Assembly (NCBI GenBank): GCA_052426225.1
Contig: JBNJNM010000006.1
Coordinates: 124,001 to 188,000, forward strand
Length of the DNA: 64,000 nucleotides
Source: Zancudomyces culisetae HAW-14-8
Lineage: Eukaryota > Fungi > Kickxellomycota
Direction: 5' to 3'
Part shown: positions 20,297-34,015 of the stretch, in pieces
Position numbering within the stretch: position 1 is the first letter of the stretch
Layout: each line of letters opens with the position of its first letter
The notes under the pieces: model-generated
Seen by the model: only the letters and a program-made list of their open reading frames with translations
Told to the model about the DNA's origin: nothing
Database searches by the model: none
Position numbers and translations under genes: made by a program

Positions 20297-21990
20297 AATT
20301 GCAATTTTTTAAAGATAAGAACAATGCTTCTTATCGAACAAACCAGCGATGGAGGGGATAGGAAACGAGAATGTGGTAAATCCGACCAACTGAGGCACCA
20401 AGAAACATTTGCGCAAAAGATACCAAAAAACGCTAGAACAACAAGCGGATAATACCAACTCGTACAATCCGTATCGTATAAATGTTTTCACGCTTGAACG
20501 AGGTGCAAAATATCAAAAAAACTATTGTTGTTTTACGCCCCTAAAAAATTACTAAAGTTAAATAAATCATCTAGTTAAAAGTGGTAGCGAATACCGGTGA
20601 GAATATAGGTCATCAATCGGTCAGATCCCATTCTTGGAATAAAGTGGTCCCACTTAATAAAGATCACAACCAGGGTATGATCACAATCTATCATTACCTA
20701 CGCATATACTTTGTCTATGGATCACGACAAAGCATATGGTGTAACGAATTTATTTTATCACAATAGTAACAAACGAAGAAGTTTACAACAGGATAGTTAT
20801 ATTTTCAGGAAAAAATGTACAATATTTTAAGATAGTGAAATACTATCAGGAAGTGTATATCATCAACATTCTAACCTTTGCAGAGTCAGGCTTCATTAGC
20901 TATTTTTCCAGAGAAGTAGTCAACGACCTATCTTCATACAGAAAAGTACGAAGGCAACAGCAGTATTTGCCAAGGGCACCAGCCTCATAGCGGAGCACAT
21001 AATGAAACCACTGTTAGCTAAGAAGGAGGATACTCAGATACCAAAAATGGTAGCAGCAAACGGGCTAAAAATAGACAGTTCTGGAACAGATATGATCTAA
21101 TCTGCACCCAATGCAGAAAACAAGGGTGTTGCAAGAGTGACTGCTCCCAACTTGAAAGAAAGTGGAAGCAAAAGTAACTGTCAGGCACGAGAGAAAGGCA
21201 AATAAATCAAGAAAAAAAGGAGTTCATATCTAGAGTGAAGGCAAAACTTGGATCAGTAATGGTGACGCGCGTCCAGGTACCAATGTCTGATCCGAACTTG
21301 AACTAGCAAGAATTTTTGGGTGTACAGGAGACTAATATGATACTAATAGTGAGAATACGGCACTAATCAGAGGAGTGACAAGCCCACACCAAACCTACAC
21401 GTAAAGCTGAATCAGTTTACAATGAATAGAACTAGTTTTATATTTTTAATAGTATTTATACCTTTAATACTGTTAAATAAACTGAACCAAATAAAATTGC
21501 CATAACAGAAAATCGGATTCATTAAGTAACAATCAGTAAAGAAGAATAAATGTAAGGTGGAGAAATAAATATGTTTCACTTCTAACTAATTGGTAGTATA
21601 CCCAGATAATCAACCTAACAACACTCATACATTAAAACAGAGAAATCATTGAACAAACGGGTATACTTAATATTTAACACATAGTCACGTGAATAGACAT
21701 GAAATCAAAAAGATTTGAGTTCCGAATCTCGAAAAAGGAAGAGCAATAAATACTGATACCAAAACAGGTGTCAAGCTGCATCTATAAAAATACTCCAGAG
21801 CGATTAGTTTGAGCACAACTAGCGATGGTAACCAGCTGGAGGAAGACTCCGATTCCGAAATGGTACTGGAAAAACGTGACCAAGAGTGAAATCGAAACGA
21901 CTACCATTACTCAGGACGATAATCCCAGTGCGCTTAGTCGACGCGCTGAGACCATATGTGGTAATAATAGTGGTTTAAGTGTATCTGAAA
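20297..21990 (+). mobile_element. Highly degenerate LINE-like ORF1 relic
   Basis: Collinear similarity to 51560-53300 (TTTAAAGATAAGAAC leader; CTTGAAAGAAAG; CTAGAGTGAAGGCAAAACTTGGA; knuckle remnant). Confidence 0.8.
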
Positions 21991-22685
21991 ATCAAACTCT
22001 AGTTCAACACGTACAAAATGGTTCACGATGCTATGATCTGGACAATATATTAAATTATTAGATATTCATTACCTCGTAAATTTACTTTTTTGATTGAGTA
22101 TTAATTTCCATCACTTTTCAATTAACAATTATAAATCTTTCAATAAAAGTAATTGAAAAAATATTTATACTTAAATAATCAGATTAAAAATACAATACAC
22201 TTATATATGACTAGGGTAGAATTTTTTTTTTCTGGGTTGTAAATAAAAATATAATAATAATAAAACTGTTGTTTATATGATAGTTAAAAGTATTTATATA
22301 ATAGCATAAATAACTATTTAAAAATGGAAAAATTATGGTACTAAAGAGAACAATATAATTTTATAATTCAACACTAGCCAAAAGTGTCTAAATTAAAAGC
22401 TGACAAAAACCAAACTCTTTTATTAATATTACGTTCTTAACACCAAAGTTATTATTACTATTTAAAATAGTAATAGTACAAATAAATTTATAGTTTCAGT
22501 ACATAGATTGAAAATAAAAACAATTAATTATTTCCATATTTCAAAATATTAATACAGAAATATTCATAAATCATTTAAAATTAATGTATGAGAAATAAAG
22601 CATACCAAGTATTGTTAATTCTAAAATATATTTATTAGAAATATACTTCAGCAAAGAAAACGCTATATAATAAAAATAAATCATA

Positions 22686-24560
22686 TCCATTGCTTCAGAT
22701 GGTCCCTCCACCACGTCAGATTGTCCAGTGCGGGCTGATTCAGTGTTACTTGTGAACTCCAATCCGTGGTGCGTTTCAGAGTGTTTTTTTTGAGCTCTAA
22801 CAACCTCCTGCTCATCAGTCGTCCTGATCTGAGTGCTATATTCACTGCCTGCGTTTTGCCAATGAATGATGCCAGATCCTTCAGTGTTGTACGCCCTTTG
22901 TGTATCAACCTGGATGCCTCTCTCGCTAAATCTTTGAGTTTCTGTTTGGGTATCTTGAAACTCATTTGACGGCTGTTGATGTCCATCCCAAGATGCGTAA
23001 TACATTGTTTGGGATGTATTGATGACTTTTCCTGGTTGATCAGGAATCCCAGTTTCACCAGTTTCTTGGATACCATGTTTGTGAACTTTAGACACTCTGT
23101 TTTTGTTGATCCTAAGATTAACAAATCGTCTAAGTAGCTCGACATTCGTATCCCGCGAGCTCTGGCCCATTTCAGTACTGGTTTTAGTATTTTTGTGAAT
23201 ACTAGTGGGCTTAAAGATAGACCAAATGGTAGCACCCTGTACTGGTAGGTGCGACCGCCCCATGTAAACCTGAGATACTTTCTGGACGTCTTGTTGATCA
23301 ATACGTGTAGAAAAGCATCGCTGAGGTCTATGCTGGTCATATAATCCCTTTTGCGGATCATTCAGGAGACGTTTGTGAGCGACTTCATCTTGAAATGTCG
23401 CTGTGGGATGTACTGATTTAAAGGTCTTAAATTCAGTACCATCCGCGTACCTCCGTTCTTCTTTGGGATTGTAAACGGATTTGAGTAGAACCCTGGCTGC
23501 GCGGATGAAGCTTCCTCTATTGCTTTCTTTGACAGGAGGTTTGCTATCTCCTGTTCGACCACTTTTTCTGGAAGCTTTTTCAAGTTGTAACCGAACGGTT
23601 TTTTCTGCGTGACCGTCGGTGGATGCGTTTTGAAGGGGATTCTGAACCCTTCTGAGATCACTTGGAGTATTCATTTGTGATCTGTGAGGCGCATCCAAGC
23701 CTCCTGGAACATCCTCAGTCTCCCTCCTACTTTCGGTGTTTGCTGCTGTTTGCAAACCGAAAATTACCGCCAGTAGGAGCGGATTTGTGTTGTCGTTGTT
23801 GCTGGATCTGCTGCGGCTCTGCCTGAACGTTCTGGTTAACTGATGGCTGAAATGGGATGGTTGGGAAGGTCCTGGTTGCGTTGAATCTTGGTCTTCTCTG
23901 CTGCACATTTTTTGTTGCACGCTGCAATGTATTTGCTGCTGCTTTAACTTCGAGCATCTGCTGTATGTCCATGAGAGGCTTCTTTGATGATGAAACCATT
24001 TCTGGAGGATCTGATGGTACTCCTGAGGCTTTGTAGGACAGTTTGATTCTTTGCTGCGTGATATTGGATGCAACATCCGCAAGTAAAACTCTGATTGAGT
24101 TGATAAAAACTGAAAGTTTTTCGGCACTGACTGCTCCTCCGTCACGGATTGCTTCGTGCATGAAGTAATCCAAAGGTCTTGTAACGGCTGATAAACGGTA
24201 CTGGATGTCATATAACATCGCATCAGTACGTTTATTGTCACCTGATAACTTGATGTTTTCCTCTGGTGGTTCATAATCCATGCCAGAGTTTCTTGGGATG
24301 GCTGCGTAAAACTTCTTGCGTTCGACATCTGCCAGTGGTGCCCAAAAGAAATCCTGTTCAACTGTTGGTAGCGCCTTTTGCAGTTTTGGATACATGACCA
24401 GGTCAGATGGCGTTGGTCTGGCAACCACAAAATAGTCAACTGTGTCATCGTCGATTGCATCAACAATTGATGGTGCATTGATTTTGCTCAGCTGGTGAAT
24501 TCTGACACTGACATGTAAACATTAGGTGTAGTTTGCTTCTCACGAGCTGATAATGTCTCT
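22686..24560 (-). mobile_element. Truncated DIRS-type (tyrosine-recombinase) retrotransposon: gag-like ORF, RT and a long overlapping ORF
   Basis: RT motifs SIDLSDAFLH, YRVLPFGLSLSPLVFTK, YLDDLL typical of DIRS. Gag-like ORF 23727-24428. A 635-aa alternative-frame ORF overlaps RT. In-frame TGA at 23362; sequence breaks off before RNase H and the recombinase. Confidence 0.88.
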
Positions 24561-25575
24561 ATATCTGTTGCAAAACTTCGACTGTAACATTTTATTTTTA
24601 TTTATAATGAAAACTTTCATTAATTTTAATTACTATATATTTTTTATACTATTGAGGAGCCTAGCTATAGAACAAATGTTAAGGATGCAATAATAACCAG
24701 GGAACATCAGTTTATATAAATTTGGATATTTTTAACTAGTATAACACTGTGATATCATCAATTCATTGTCATTACATCAGTTTATCTAAAGTATAGCACA
24801 TTTTATTGATTAATGTTTAATAGAATTTATGGTGATGTATTAACCTATATAAACGAGTAATTATGAATTAAGTTTAGCTTCAAATAAAGATTCTACATAC
24901 AATTAATTGCTTTTGGATAACTGAAACATTACTACCGGATTTTTAATCTATTCAGCTTCGTCGTACTATAATTCACTAAACTGAGTTCTTAGAAAATCAG
25001 TAGTTAAAGTAAAATATAATTTTAACCTTTATTTTATCATCACTGTATATATTATGTTAACTGTAATATGTTCATTATTTCTTTTTATCATCGTTCAATA
25101 TTGAATAGATATTAAATTCTGGTATTTTATCTAAATCTTTATAACAACTTTCCTTAGAATATGTATTTTTTTCCATTAATACTATTTGCTATTTTTTTGT
25201 AGTATACATAATTTATTAAAAACATCAGCTATCCCTTGAAAATTTTCCAAGGTTAGGTTTCATGTCCTAGTAGTTGTTTCTTTTAGTGAAGGAAGAAAAT
25301 ACAATCAAATGCTGGTGATATATATTATTGAAGAGCGTACTTTTGGACCCCTAAGTGTGATAAAACAAAGGCTAAAAAAGCTCATGATACCTTTATCCCT
25401 TAACTCAAATCAATGACTCAAACTCAACTATAATCTTAGAAGAGTATTAATCTTTTTTTTTGGTTTGTTATTCGCTTTAAAAGCATTTGTTATTTGCCGA
25501 TTTCTTGTTATAATAATTGCAAATAAGTGTAAATAATTAGTTAGATTTATGTTCAAGCTTTAACAAATCGACAAT

Positions 25576-28257
25576 ATGCAAAAGCACAAATCTGGGCAGG
25601 GGTTTGGTATAAAGTTGAAAACCAATACTCTGGTTAATAAAAGAGTTTTAGATCAAGAAAAAAAAAAGGTAGCTCTTAATTCCTTTAACAAGAATTGATA
25701 ATATTGACCCAAAGACTAAATTATTACATGTAGCGCGAAGAGGAGTATGAGGCTAAAGTCTATGAAGATTTTGTAGCATCCTTTGAGAATGCTAGCGAAA
25801 ATCCGCAATTTGTCAAAGCAGGTTAGTTTTTATAATGTGAATCCAATGAAGATTGAATACTTACATAAAATTATATCAATACGGCTGTTTAATAATCCTC
25901 TACTTTAAGCGAATAATTACTAACTTTATACCTAGGCAACGACTCATCGAAGCCAGAAGTATACAAACCTAAAGGCAATGTATTGGTATTTGAAAATCAA
26001 ACAAAGGAAGAAGAAAATGAAAATATTGTATGGATTTAAACTTCGATATGCTTTGTGTTTTGCATTACTGTGGATATCTTGCATTTAATCTTTATGTTTT
26101 GGTGTAATCAAATATTAGTCACAGTCAGAGTCAAAAAAACTTAAAAAGCGGAATTTGGATGTGTTCCTAGAAGAAATAAAAAAGTAAGTCTCAGTAGAAT
26201 TAAAGGCTGTGTACAGTTTTTGTGTTCAGTTAATTGGAACAATTTTGATTTCAAACTGCAAAAGGAGAAAGTATACAATATCAATAAAACTACATGGCGT
26301 CAACTTTGATTCTAGGGGACAAGAGGAGAGAGTGGAGCGTCTGAGATACAAGAAAGTAACCAGTACAGACGGAAACGAAGATTTTGAGGAGCGCACCAAA
26401 GGCTTTACTCTGATTGCAGGTGAATTCCACGAACCTTTATCTTTATATAATTTATGCTCAACCTTAGCTTTTTCATTGTGTATAATTCTGCATGAGGCTT
26501 GTAATTACAAGAAAAACGCTTGAGGCGAAAGAACTGGAAGGTTGGTAGACGGGTTTATGTCTTACAATTTATTGAAAATAGCTTTCGAGGAGAAACCAGG
26601 CTCACACGAACTTGGAGACGAGACTACAACGAATCTATACGTGGGGAATTTGAGTCCCCAGACAAATGAAGATATGCTATTGGAGGAATTTGGAAAATTT
26701 GGAGCGATTGGAAGTGTCAAAATCATGTGGCCACGGAAAAAAGAGGAAATAGAAAGGGCAAGGAATTCAGGATTTGTGTGTTTTATGGATAGAGAGTGTG
26801 CAGCAGAGGCGCTAAGGGTAATGGATGGGTTTATGTTAAACGGGTATGATATGCGTGTTTGCTGGGGAAAGGCTGTTCCTGTACCTCCAAACCCAATTTT
26901 TGGTAAGTGGTATCTTTTATGACATTTGCTTCTCTTTTTATTTCTATCCTATTTTTATTGTCGTCTGATTCTTTAGCCAAAAATGCTAATATCCTTTGAA
27001 CACTAACCAAAATCTTGAATCGAAATTGATAAACTGCACTTTTGTAATTATAGATCCAGGAAGTGATAAAATCTTAAAAGTGCCACTAACCGGCTTTCCA
27101 TTCAATGCCAAGTTGCCACCTAAATCACGAGGTGGGTATGGTGGGACTGTGCTTCCTCTAGAAAACGTTGACACAGAGGTGGAAATCCCTGAGGTACTTG
27201 TGACCAAGCCCAAAGACATAAAGATGCTGAAGTTGATACATAGAACGATCGAAAATGTGATTAAGCATGGGCCAAAATTTGAGGAACTACTAATGACAAA
27301 AGAAGTGGGGAATCCTCAGTTTCAGTTTTTGTTTGAATATGAGGTGGGTTTTCAAGTCATTTCACTCGATATCTTGTCATAAAATAGGACAGTAATATAG
27401 CGAATTATTTCCTACCTTCCACTTAGGCACCAGAACATGTATACTATCGATGGAAATTATATTCATTGCTAAATGGAGATAAGCCATATATCTGGAAAAC
27501 TGATATGTTTTATATGTATGCTGGCGGTCCAATTTGGATTCCTCCAGAGCCACCAGCTCGCGAAAACGTAAGCTATGCTTTTCATATATTTAGAAAATTA
27601 TTGATTATTTACATTAATGAATTTGCTATGGTGATTCTTTTTGGTTTTTCTTTTGCGTTTTTATGTAACCCAACATGTGTATGTCAGGATGCAGGGAAAG
27701 GGTATGTATTTGGTTAAATTCTCTAATATTTATGGAATCTGGTTTAGGAGTTCTCGGAAATGGGTGATTCCTCCGCTGAAGAAGAGAGTGAAAAGATAAT
27801 GGTATCCAAATCAAAGCTAGGTGAAGTGGCCACCTCTCGATTGAAGAATCGATTAAAAGACTTGAAATTATCTAATGGGCCAATAGCGAAGGCCATGGTG
27901 TACGCAATAGAGCATGCGGAGGCGTCTGATCAAGTGGCTGAAATAGTATCGTCGTTTATGTTTGATGTTACTATCGACCAACAGGTATTGTTAGCGCGCC
28001 TGTATCTGGTTAGTGATATTTTGCACAACTGTAGCGCTCCAGTGCAGCATGCATGGAAATTTAGGGCGAGTTTTGAAAGTGTACTACCAAAGATGTTCAA
28101 AGTGATTATATCTGTTTATAACTCAATTGATACGAAGATAAGATCAGAGCACTTCAAGAAAAACGTTTTATCTGTCCTTGCTGTTTGGGAAGCTTGGTTG
28201 GTATACCCAAATACATTTATTGAGCAACTTGCTTCCGGATTTTTCCAGAAAAAGTAG
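25576..28257 (+). CDS. U2SURP: U2 snRNP-associated SURP-motif protein (SR140/U2SURP): RRM-SURP-CID, about 9 exons
   Basis: Inferred exons 25576-25668, 25734-25821, 25936-26027, 26119-26183, 26316-26419, 26582-26902, 27053-27343, 27427-27567, 27748-28257 with GT-AG introns. Motifs KVYEDFVASFE, TTNLYVGNL, SVKIMWPR, HVYYRWKLYS, ARLYLVSDILHN. Confidence 0.92.
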
Positions 28258-29451
28258 TATACTTTGCTTAAATATGTGTATCTTTTTTGCTTAGTCCCAA
28301 TCTACAATTATGTCTGCTCGTTCTGGTTTACATTTTAGCCGCTTCTTCTGTAGTCTATACCAACTGCAATGCCGAGGTCATGACCCACGCAAAAACTTGG
28401 AAAATCTAACAAGCCTTGTTTTCATTTTTATCGATTTTTATTGCTAGCCAATGGCTTTTCCCCACTTAATGGTTTTCTTTCAATAGAGGCAGCTGAGTGG
28501 GCTTGACATCGAAAAAAAATCAAATCAAATCAAGTATATTCGTAAGATCAATATGACTCCTGTTACTCAGTTACAACTCTTATGTCGGCTTTTAAACATT
28601 GCATCAATTTCCCCCTATTTGAATCTACTACTTACAATTGATTGTTATGACTTTTCTGTTGTGATGCTGCTAATCCAAAACAAAGAATTAATTTAATAAA
28701 GTTTTGTATTTGCTTTAAAGAATGGAGCAGGGATCGTTATAATCATAAACTATTGTTGAATTTGATTTTTATATATTTCTTGTATAGTTTTTAATAGTTT
28801 ATATATAAAATACAGTTTAGGGGTAGAAAATAACAAATAATTAGCATATCAGTTTCTAAAATCGCCAATACTTTTGGAACACAGTAACACAATGCGCTTT
28901 TAGGTTTAGAGGTACCGACCATATGTGACATTGGTCTTATTATTGGTCTTGCTCTTAAAGCCAACGCTGATATTTTTTTTCCCAATTGAGGGTGAAGTAA
29001 GAATATTTCTGTTATAAAACTAAAAGTAAACTAAATATACTTTAGGTAGTGGTATAGTTCATATGATTGCTGAAAATATGTTTAGTTTATTCAAACTGAG
29101 TCATAATTTTTCAAAAACAGATATTTATTCAGTTTATTTATTACTGTATCTAGTAAAAGTCGTTAGTAATAAAAAAAAACAACACTTTACATATATTCCT
29201 ACACAACCAAATGGTATATCAGTTCATGGTCATAACTCAGGCTTAATATTTTAAACTTTTATGTGTTTGTTTTTTGTTGACTTATTTCGCTAACAACAAC
29301 TATCTTCTCTTTTTTTTCTACCTTTAGTTATCAAATCAACTTTGGGTCTGTCTATAAAAGCTAAATTTATATAGTTTAAAGTATATCAAAGTCAAAGGGG
29401 CAGGAATTCTCTACACTCCGAATTAATTCAATATTGGAAATATACAACAGC

Positions 29452-31659
29452 ATGTCTCTAAAATTTCACCTAAACGTATTTTTAGTAATATTCAGCGGAC
29501 TGGCAAAAAGCTCTTATTTCCAACCCGAGGATTGTTTTATCAGTCAATGCAATAACGATACGAGTAAAACGGGGTGTGTAGCTGTATGCTATGGGGAGTC
29601 AATCCTCAAAAACTCAAAGCTTAGAAACAGTAGAAAATGCTATTCAGAATGTAAACCTCTTCTTCCGGACAAGATTGGTGGATATCTGGAATGTACTTCT
29701 AAATGTATTTTATCAGAAAAGGAGTTGAGAGAGCTCAATATGAATGCTAACCCAAATCAAAACAACCTTGGTAATGACACTCAACAAAGCAGGGTTATAG
29801 GCCAGATTCCACCATCAAATGAAAATAACGCTAGTATCAATTTAGTCGACAAACCATCGACCTTTTCGCAACCTTTAAATGATAAAAACAGCGATTCCAA
29901 TCAAGTCAATGACAGTGTTATCCCCAGACAAGAACCATTTTCCCAAGATAACTCCAATTTTAGACAACTTACTTTTGGTATTTCGAATGACCCTCAGCAT
30001 TCTGTTATTAACGATATAGTTATACTTGAGTTGGTTCCAAATGAAGCAGATGCACAATCAAACAGCCCAGATTCAGCAAAAAACGAGAATGAGCCACAAC
30101 CACAACCACAACCGCAGTATCAGGATCAACTACAGCCAACTGAACAATCGGTTACTATTGATACTTCGCACATTACATCAGCAGAAGTTTGGGAAACTAT
30201 TCAACCGTCATATAATGATGCAGTAGATAATCAGCCTCATGGTTTACCGAAATTACAAAGCGATATTTTAAACACACCCACCACTTCACCTATATTTCCA
30301 CAAATTCAGCATATAGAGCAACCACAGATGCAACCACAACCTAAACTCCAAAACCAAGCCGAAAATTCTCAATTAATTTTAGAAGAAGTAGAAATACCAA
30401 ACCAAAAGTTAAAGCAGGAAAACACAGAAAAAAGTTTTGAAAATCCTGCGGTCAATCATAGTCCTCCAAACATTATTCCACCCCCTGTAATTCCAGATTT
30501 GGTGAATGATCAAATAATAAATGACAACAGCTTTAAAAAAGACTCGGGTACAAACGTTCTCAACCCTGATAATGCAGAAAAATTGAGTATTGATACACCG
30601 CTTGGCATTTCTGAGGGGAAAGTCTACAATAATCCTCAAAAGGAGCTGGAAAAATATGAACCATCGACTAAAATACTTACACCAAACCAGGAAATGTATT
30701 CAGGACAAGCGATTCAGCAACCAGGAAAACAGTCAGAAATTGGAGATCCAGAGCTTGCGCTACCGCCTACCCACCCGCCTGTTTTACCAGCTGATAAATA
30801 TGAGAACATGGTAATAGGAAATCAAAATGACAACTATACAAAAAATACAACTCCAGAAAATGTTCACGACAAGGGTGACAATCTAAATATAACCCCTAGT
30901 GTAAACTCATATCAACCAATACCCATACAGATTCCTCTACAGCAAGATCCTGTGGTACAGTCTCTGATAGGTTTGAATCTACAACAACCACAACCACAAC
31001 CACAACCACAACCACAACCACAACCACAACTACAACCACAACCACAACTACAACCACAACTACAGCATGTTCAGTTACACGAACCAAGTTATCAAGACCA
31101 TATGGCACCACCTTTAGGTGTTCAACCTCAATTATTGTCACCAATTCAAGCGCCACCACAGATTTTGCCACAGTTACCACCACAACAACCAAACAAAGAA
31201 AGCACTTTATCTAACTCTCCTCCTTCAAGCGAGCCTTTGTTACCATCAATCCAAAGATCGATGAAAGATTTGCCAGGAGGGCCAAATTTAGAATTATCGA
31301 TTCCATCCCCTTCACTTCAGGATAAATCATCACTTCCCCCAGCAAAAGATAACTCCTTGCCACCTTTAGATATACTGAAAAAATTGGGGGGTAGTAAACC
31401 AGGGACAGGAGGGGGGTCAGATGGGCCAGGTGGGCCAGGTGGACTGAATGGAAAACTTGATCTTGGAGGAAAAGTTGGAGGAACAAAAGGTTCAGGATTT
31501 GGGATTACAAATTTTTCCTCTGGGGGACTCAACAGTACAGCCAAATTTAATCGAACATCTTTAAACTATACAAGCACCACTGGAATCACAGATGGTGCAA
31601 ACCATAACTTTGATTATAACTATCAGATACTTTTACTCCTTATTTTTACCATTGTATAG
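29452..31659 (+). CDS. Secreted, probably GPI-anchored Q/P-rich surface protein with an 8-Cys N-terminal domain
   Basis: Hydrophobic N-terminus from ATG 29452; CFISQC, CVAVC, CYSEC, CTSKC; QP repeats; Gly-rich segment; hydrophobic C-terminus ILLLLIFTIV. Confidence 0.82.
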   Translation: MSLKFHLNVFLVIFSGLAKSSYFQPEDCFISQCNNDTSKTGCVAVCYGESILKNSKLRNSRKCYSECKPLLPDKIGGYLECTSKCILSEKELRELNMNANPNQNNLGNDTQQSRVIGQIPPSNENNASINLVDKPSTFSQPLNDKNSDSNQVNDSVIPRQEPFSQDNSNFRQLTFGISNDPQHSVINDIVILELVPNEADAQSNSPDSAKNENEPQPQPQPQYQDQLQPTEQSVTIDTSHITSAEVWETIQPSYNDAVDNQPHGLPKLQSDILNTPTTSPIFPQIQHIEQPQMQPQPKLQNQAENSQLILEEVEIPNQKLKQENTEKSFENPAVNHSPPNIIPPPVIPDLVNDQIINDNSFKKDSGTNVLNPDNAEKLSIDTPLGISEGKVYNNPQKELEKYEPSTKILTPNQEMYSGQAIQQPGKQSEIGDPELALPPTHPPVLPADKYENMVIGNQNDNYTKNTTPENVHDKGDNLNITPSVNSYQPIPIQIPLQQDPVVQSLIGLNLQQPQPQPQPQPQPQPQLQPQPQLQPQLQHVQLHEPSYQDHMAPPLGVQPQLLSPIQAPPQILPQLPPQQPNKESTLSNSPPSSEPLLPSIQRSMKDLPGGPNLELSIPSPSLQDKSSLPPAKDNSLPPLDILKKLGGSKPGTGGGSDGPGGPGGLNGKLDLGGKVGGTKGSGFGITNFSSGGLNSTAKFNRTSLNYTSTTGITDGANHNFDYNYQILLLLIFTIV

Positions 31660-33450
31660 CCATCATGCAATTTGCCATTACTTGTAATTTATCCCATGTC
31701 ATCTAATTATATGAACTAGAAAAGTGAGATTGGTAACCGCAGATTCTTATATTCCCATTTATAAAAATAAATCATTTTGTCTTTACAGTTCAAATACCAT
31801 AACTCGGTACTGTTAGTGTTCATGTATAAAGATGAAATACACTAAAATATTTGAGATAAACCAATAAGTTCCTGATTAAATGTACGCGGAAAACCTTGCT
31901 CACTACTTGTTGGAATACAGATGATGAATCAGCCAAACCACTGGTTAGTGGTACGCGGAATTAACTGTTTTGATATCGAGTGTTAGATATACCCTTTCTT
32001 TTTTTTCTTATCGATCCACAATTGGTGGTGAATAAATATATTGGAGTCGAATTGTCCACATATAGGCCACAAACCAATAAATTGTATACTGGCACATCAA
32101 AACAAACATTTCTGTAATGAAACTTGGTGATACGCTATGACCATCAACGGAAACTAAATGATATTACTATATATACTAATACTTGCCTCAATATTTTTGA
32201 TTACTGAAATATCATCAAAATCAGATCTAGTTATAATTTATATCTAATTGGTTTTGTAAATGCTGTTTTGCAACGTTTGAAACTGGGCTTTTGTGGAATA
32301 AAGCCTCAGAGATTCTGCAACATATATACTATATAGTCGATTACATAATTTTTATAGTATTTTTGTTTGATTACTGGTCATTTACTTATCAAATTGTGAC
32401 TGGAATGGTAATAATTTTAGATTTTATGTTATTCTTTCTGTTCGTCTGCTTATTGAGCATACAATAATCAAATTGTCCAATCCTAAAATTTTATATTTAA
32501 AAAAAGCGTTATGCTAATATACCATTTAATTTTCATTTTCATATTACCAATAACGATTTTAGTTTTAGGGTTGATTAATATCTATACTAATAACACATAC
32601 CAATGTTTCCCTGCTTTTCTTCATAAATATGTTTTTATCAACTGGGCAAGACTCGATATTTTGCATATCTTGACTATGTTTAAGCTATATTTGATTTAAT
32701 TGAACCTATTTTTGTTTTTATTAAAAAGTTAGTATTACTAGTAGTATAATTGCATGTTTAGTAAGCCAATTGAAGCAACAATACGCTTTGACCATAATAT
32801 ATATTGGTTTCCTTTGTTTGGATGTAAAAAGCATGAGCTAAAAAAATCCCTATTGCGCCAAAGTCTGTATTCTTTTTATAAACTGAGGAACGCACGGGTT
32901 TACCAACATATTGCTATACTCAGACGTGTAATCAAATTTATGACCAAAGTACCAATACTTCTTTAGAGTTTCGGTGGATTCCAATATAATATATGGCAGG
33001 AAAAAATGAGCAAAGAATACACAAAGGGAATTAAAGCCTTGAGTTCAAGCCACCCCCATATTTTAATTGATGTATCTAAATGATTCATCTTGGATTTAAC
33101 TACAGGAAGATCTGGTAATTCAAGTTGAGTAGCAGCTAACAGCTAATCGCTTTTTATTTTGTACTCGAAATTCCTATTTTGTATTAACCAGTAGAACACC
33201 ATAATACTTCATTATTTACTTTGATAATTTTAAGCCGTGCAAACAAAAAAAAGAGAAAAAAAAATGTGCGTGGAGAAATAGAAAGCGATGAGTAAGGAGT
33301 GTGGGCTACAAATATTATTGGATAAAAACTTGAGATTAGTCATTAGAAATACGTGAAAGCTCTCAATGATTGATCCTTGGATAATTGCCAATTTAATTCG
33401 CTAGTTTTTTTTAGATTACAGTATTATTTTACGTAGGAAGTCACTAAAGT

Positions 33451-33457
33451 TGAGTCA
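33451..33457 (+). promoter_or_regulatory. Candidate Gcn4/CpcA (AP-1) site TGAGTCA upstream of LYS2
   Basis: Exact consensus about 560 bp upstream of the ATG; variants TGAGTAA (~33289) and TTAGTCA (33336) nearby. Confidence 0.45.
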
Positions 33458-34015
33458 TGTTTTATTCTCGGGGGGGGGGGGGGTGGAATGTGGGTGATAA
33501 ATGACAATTTGAACAAAAATCCTCAGGTCTGTATTTAATCATTTGAAAATATAGCAAATTAGGATACAATTTATATTTCCAATTTGCTCATCAATGTTCT
33601 GGTTAAAAATTAACTGCTAAGCACTCAATAAAAAAAAGTTTACAGCTAAGGCCACTTACAAGAAACCTAAACAGAAAATAGGAGTAAAAAATATATATAT
33701 AAGCGGTAAAACTGTATCACTCAACGAAAATTGATACAGAGGCAAGTAGATAAAATTGTAACAAAAGAGCACGCTTTTATGCACTGAAGATAGGACCTAT
33801 TTGTATAAATACATGCATACACATATACAAATCACAGAATAAAAAGACAGAGTGCAGTAAAAGTAATATTTTGATCAAAAGTGGATATAAACTTTGAGTA
33901 AACAAGAATTGGTAAAAGTAAAAGCAGATATTTTGAAGGAAATCCGCTCCAAGAAAGCATAGAAAACCCAGCAGACTAAGCGACAAAACAAGACGCAGTA
34001 AAAAAGAAGGAAAAA

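Noticed and set aside
24583-25146. Possible solo LTR starting TGTAACA at the DIRS edge
   Set aside because: No matching TSD and no second copy in the window.
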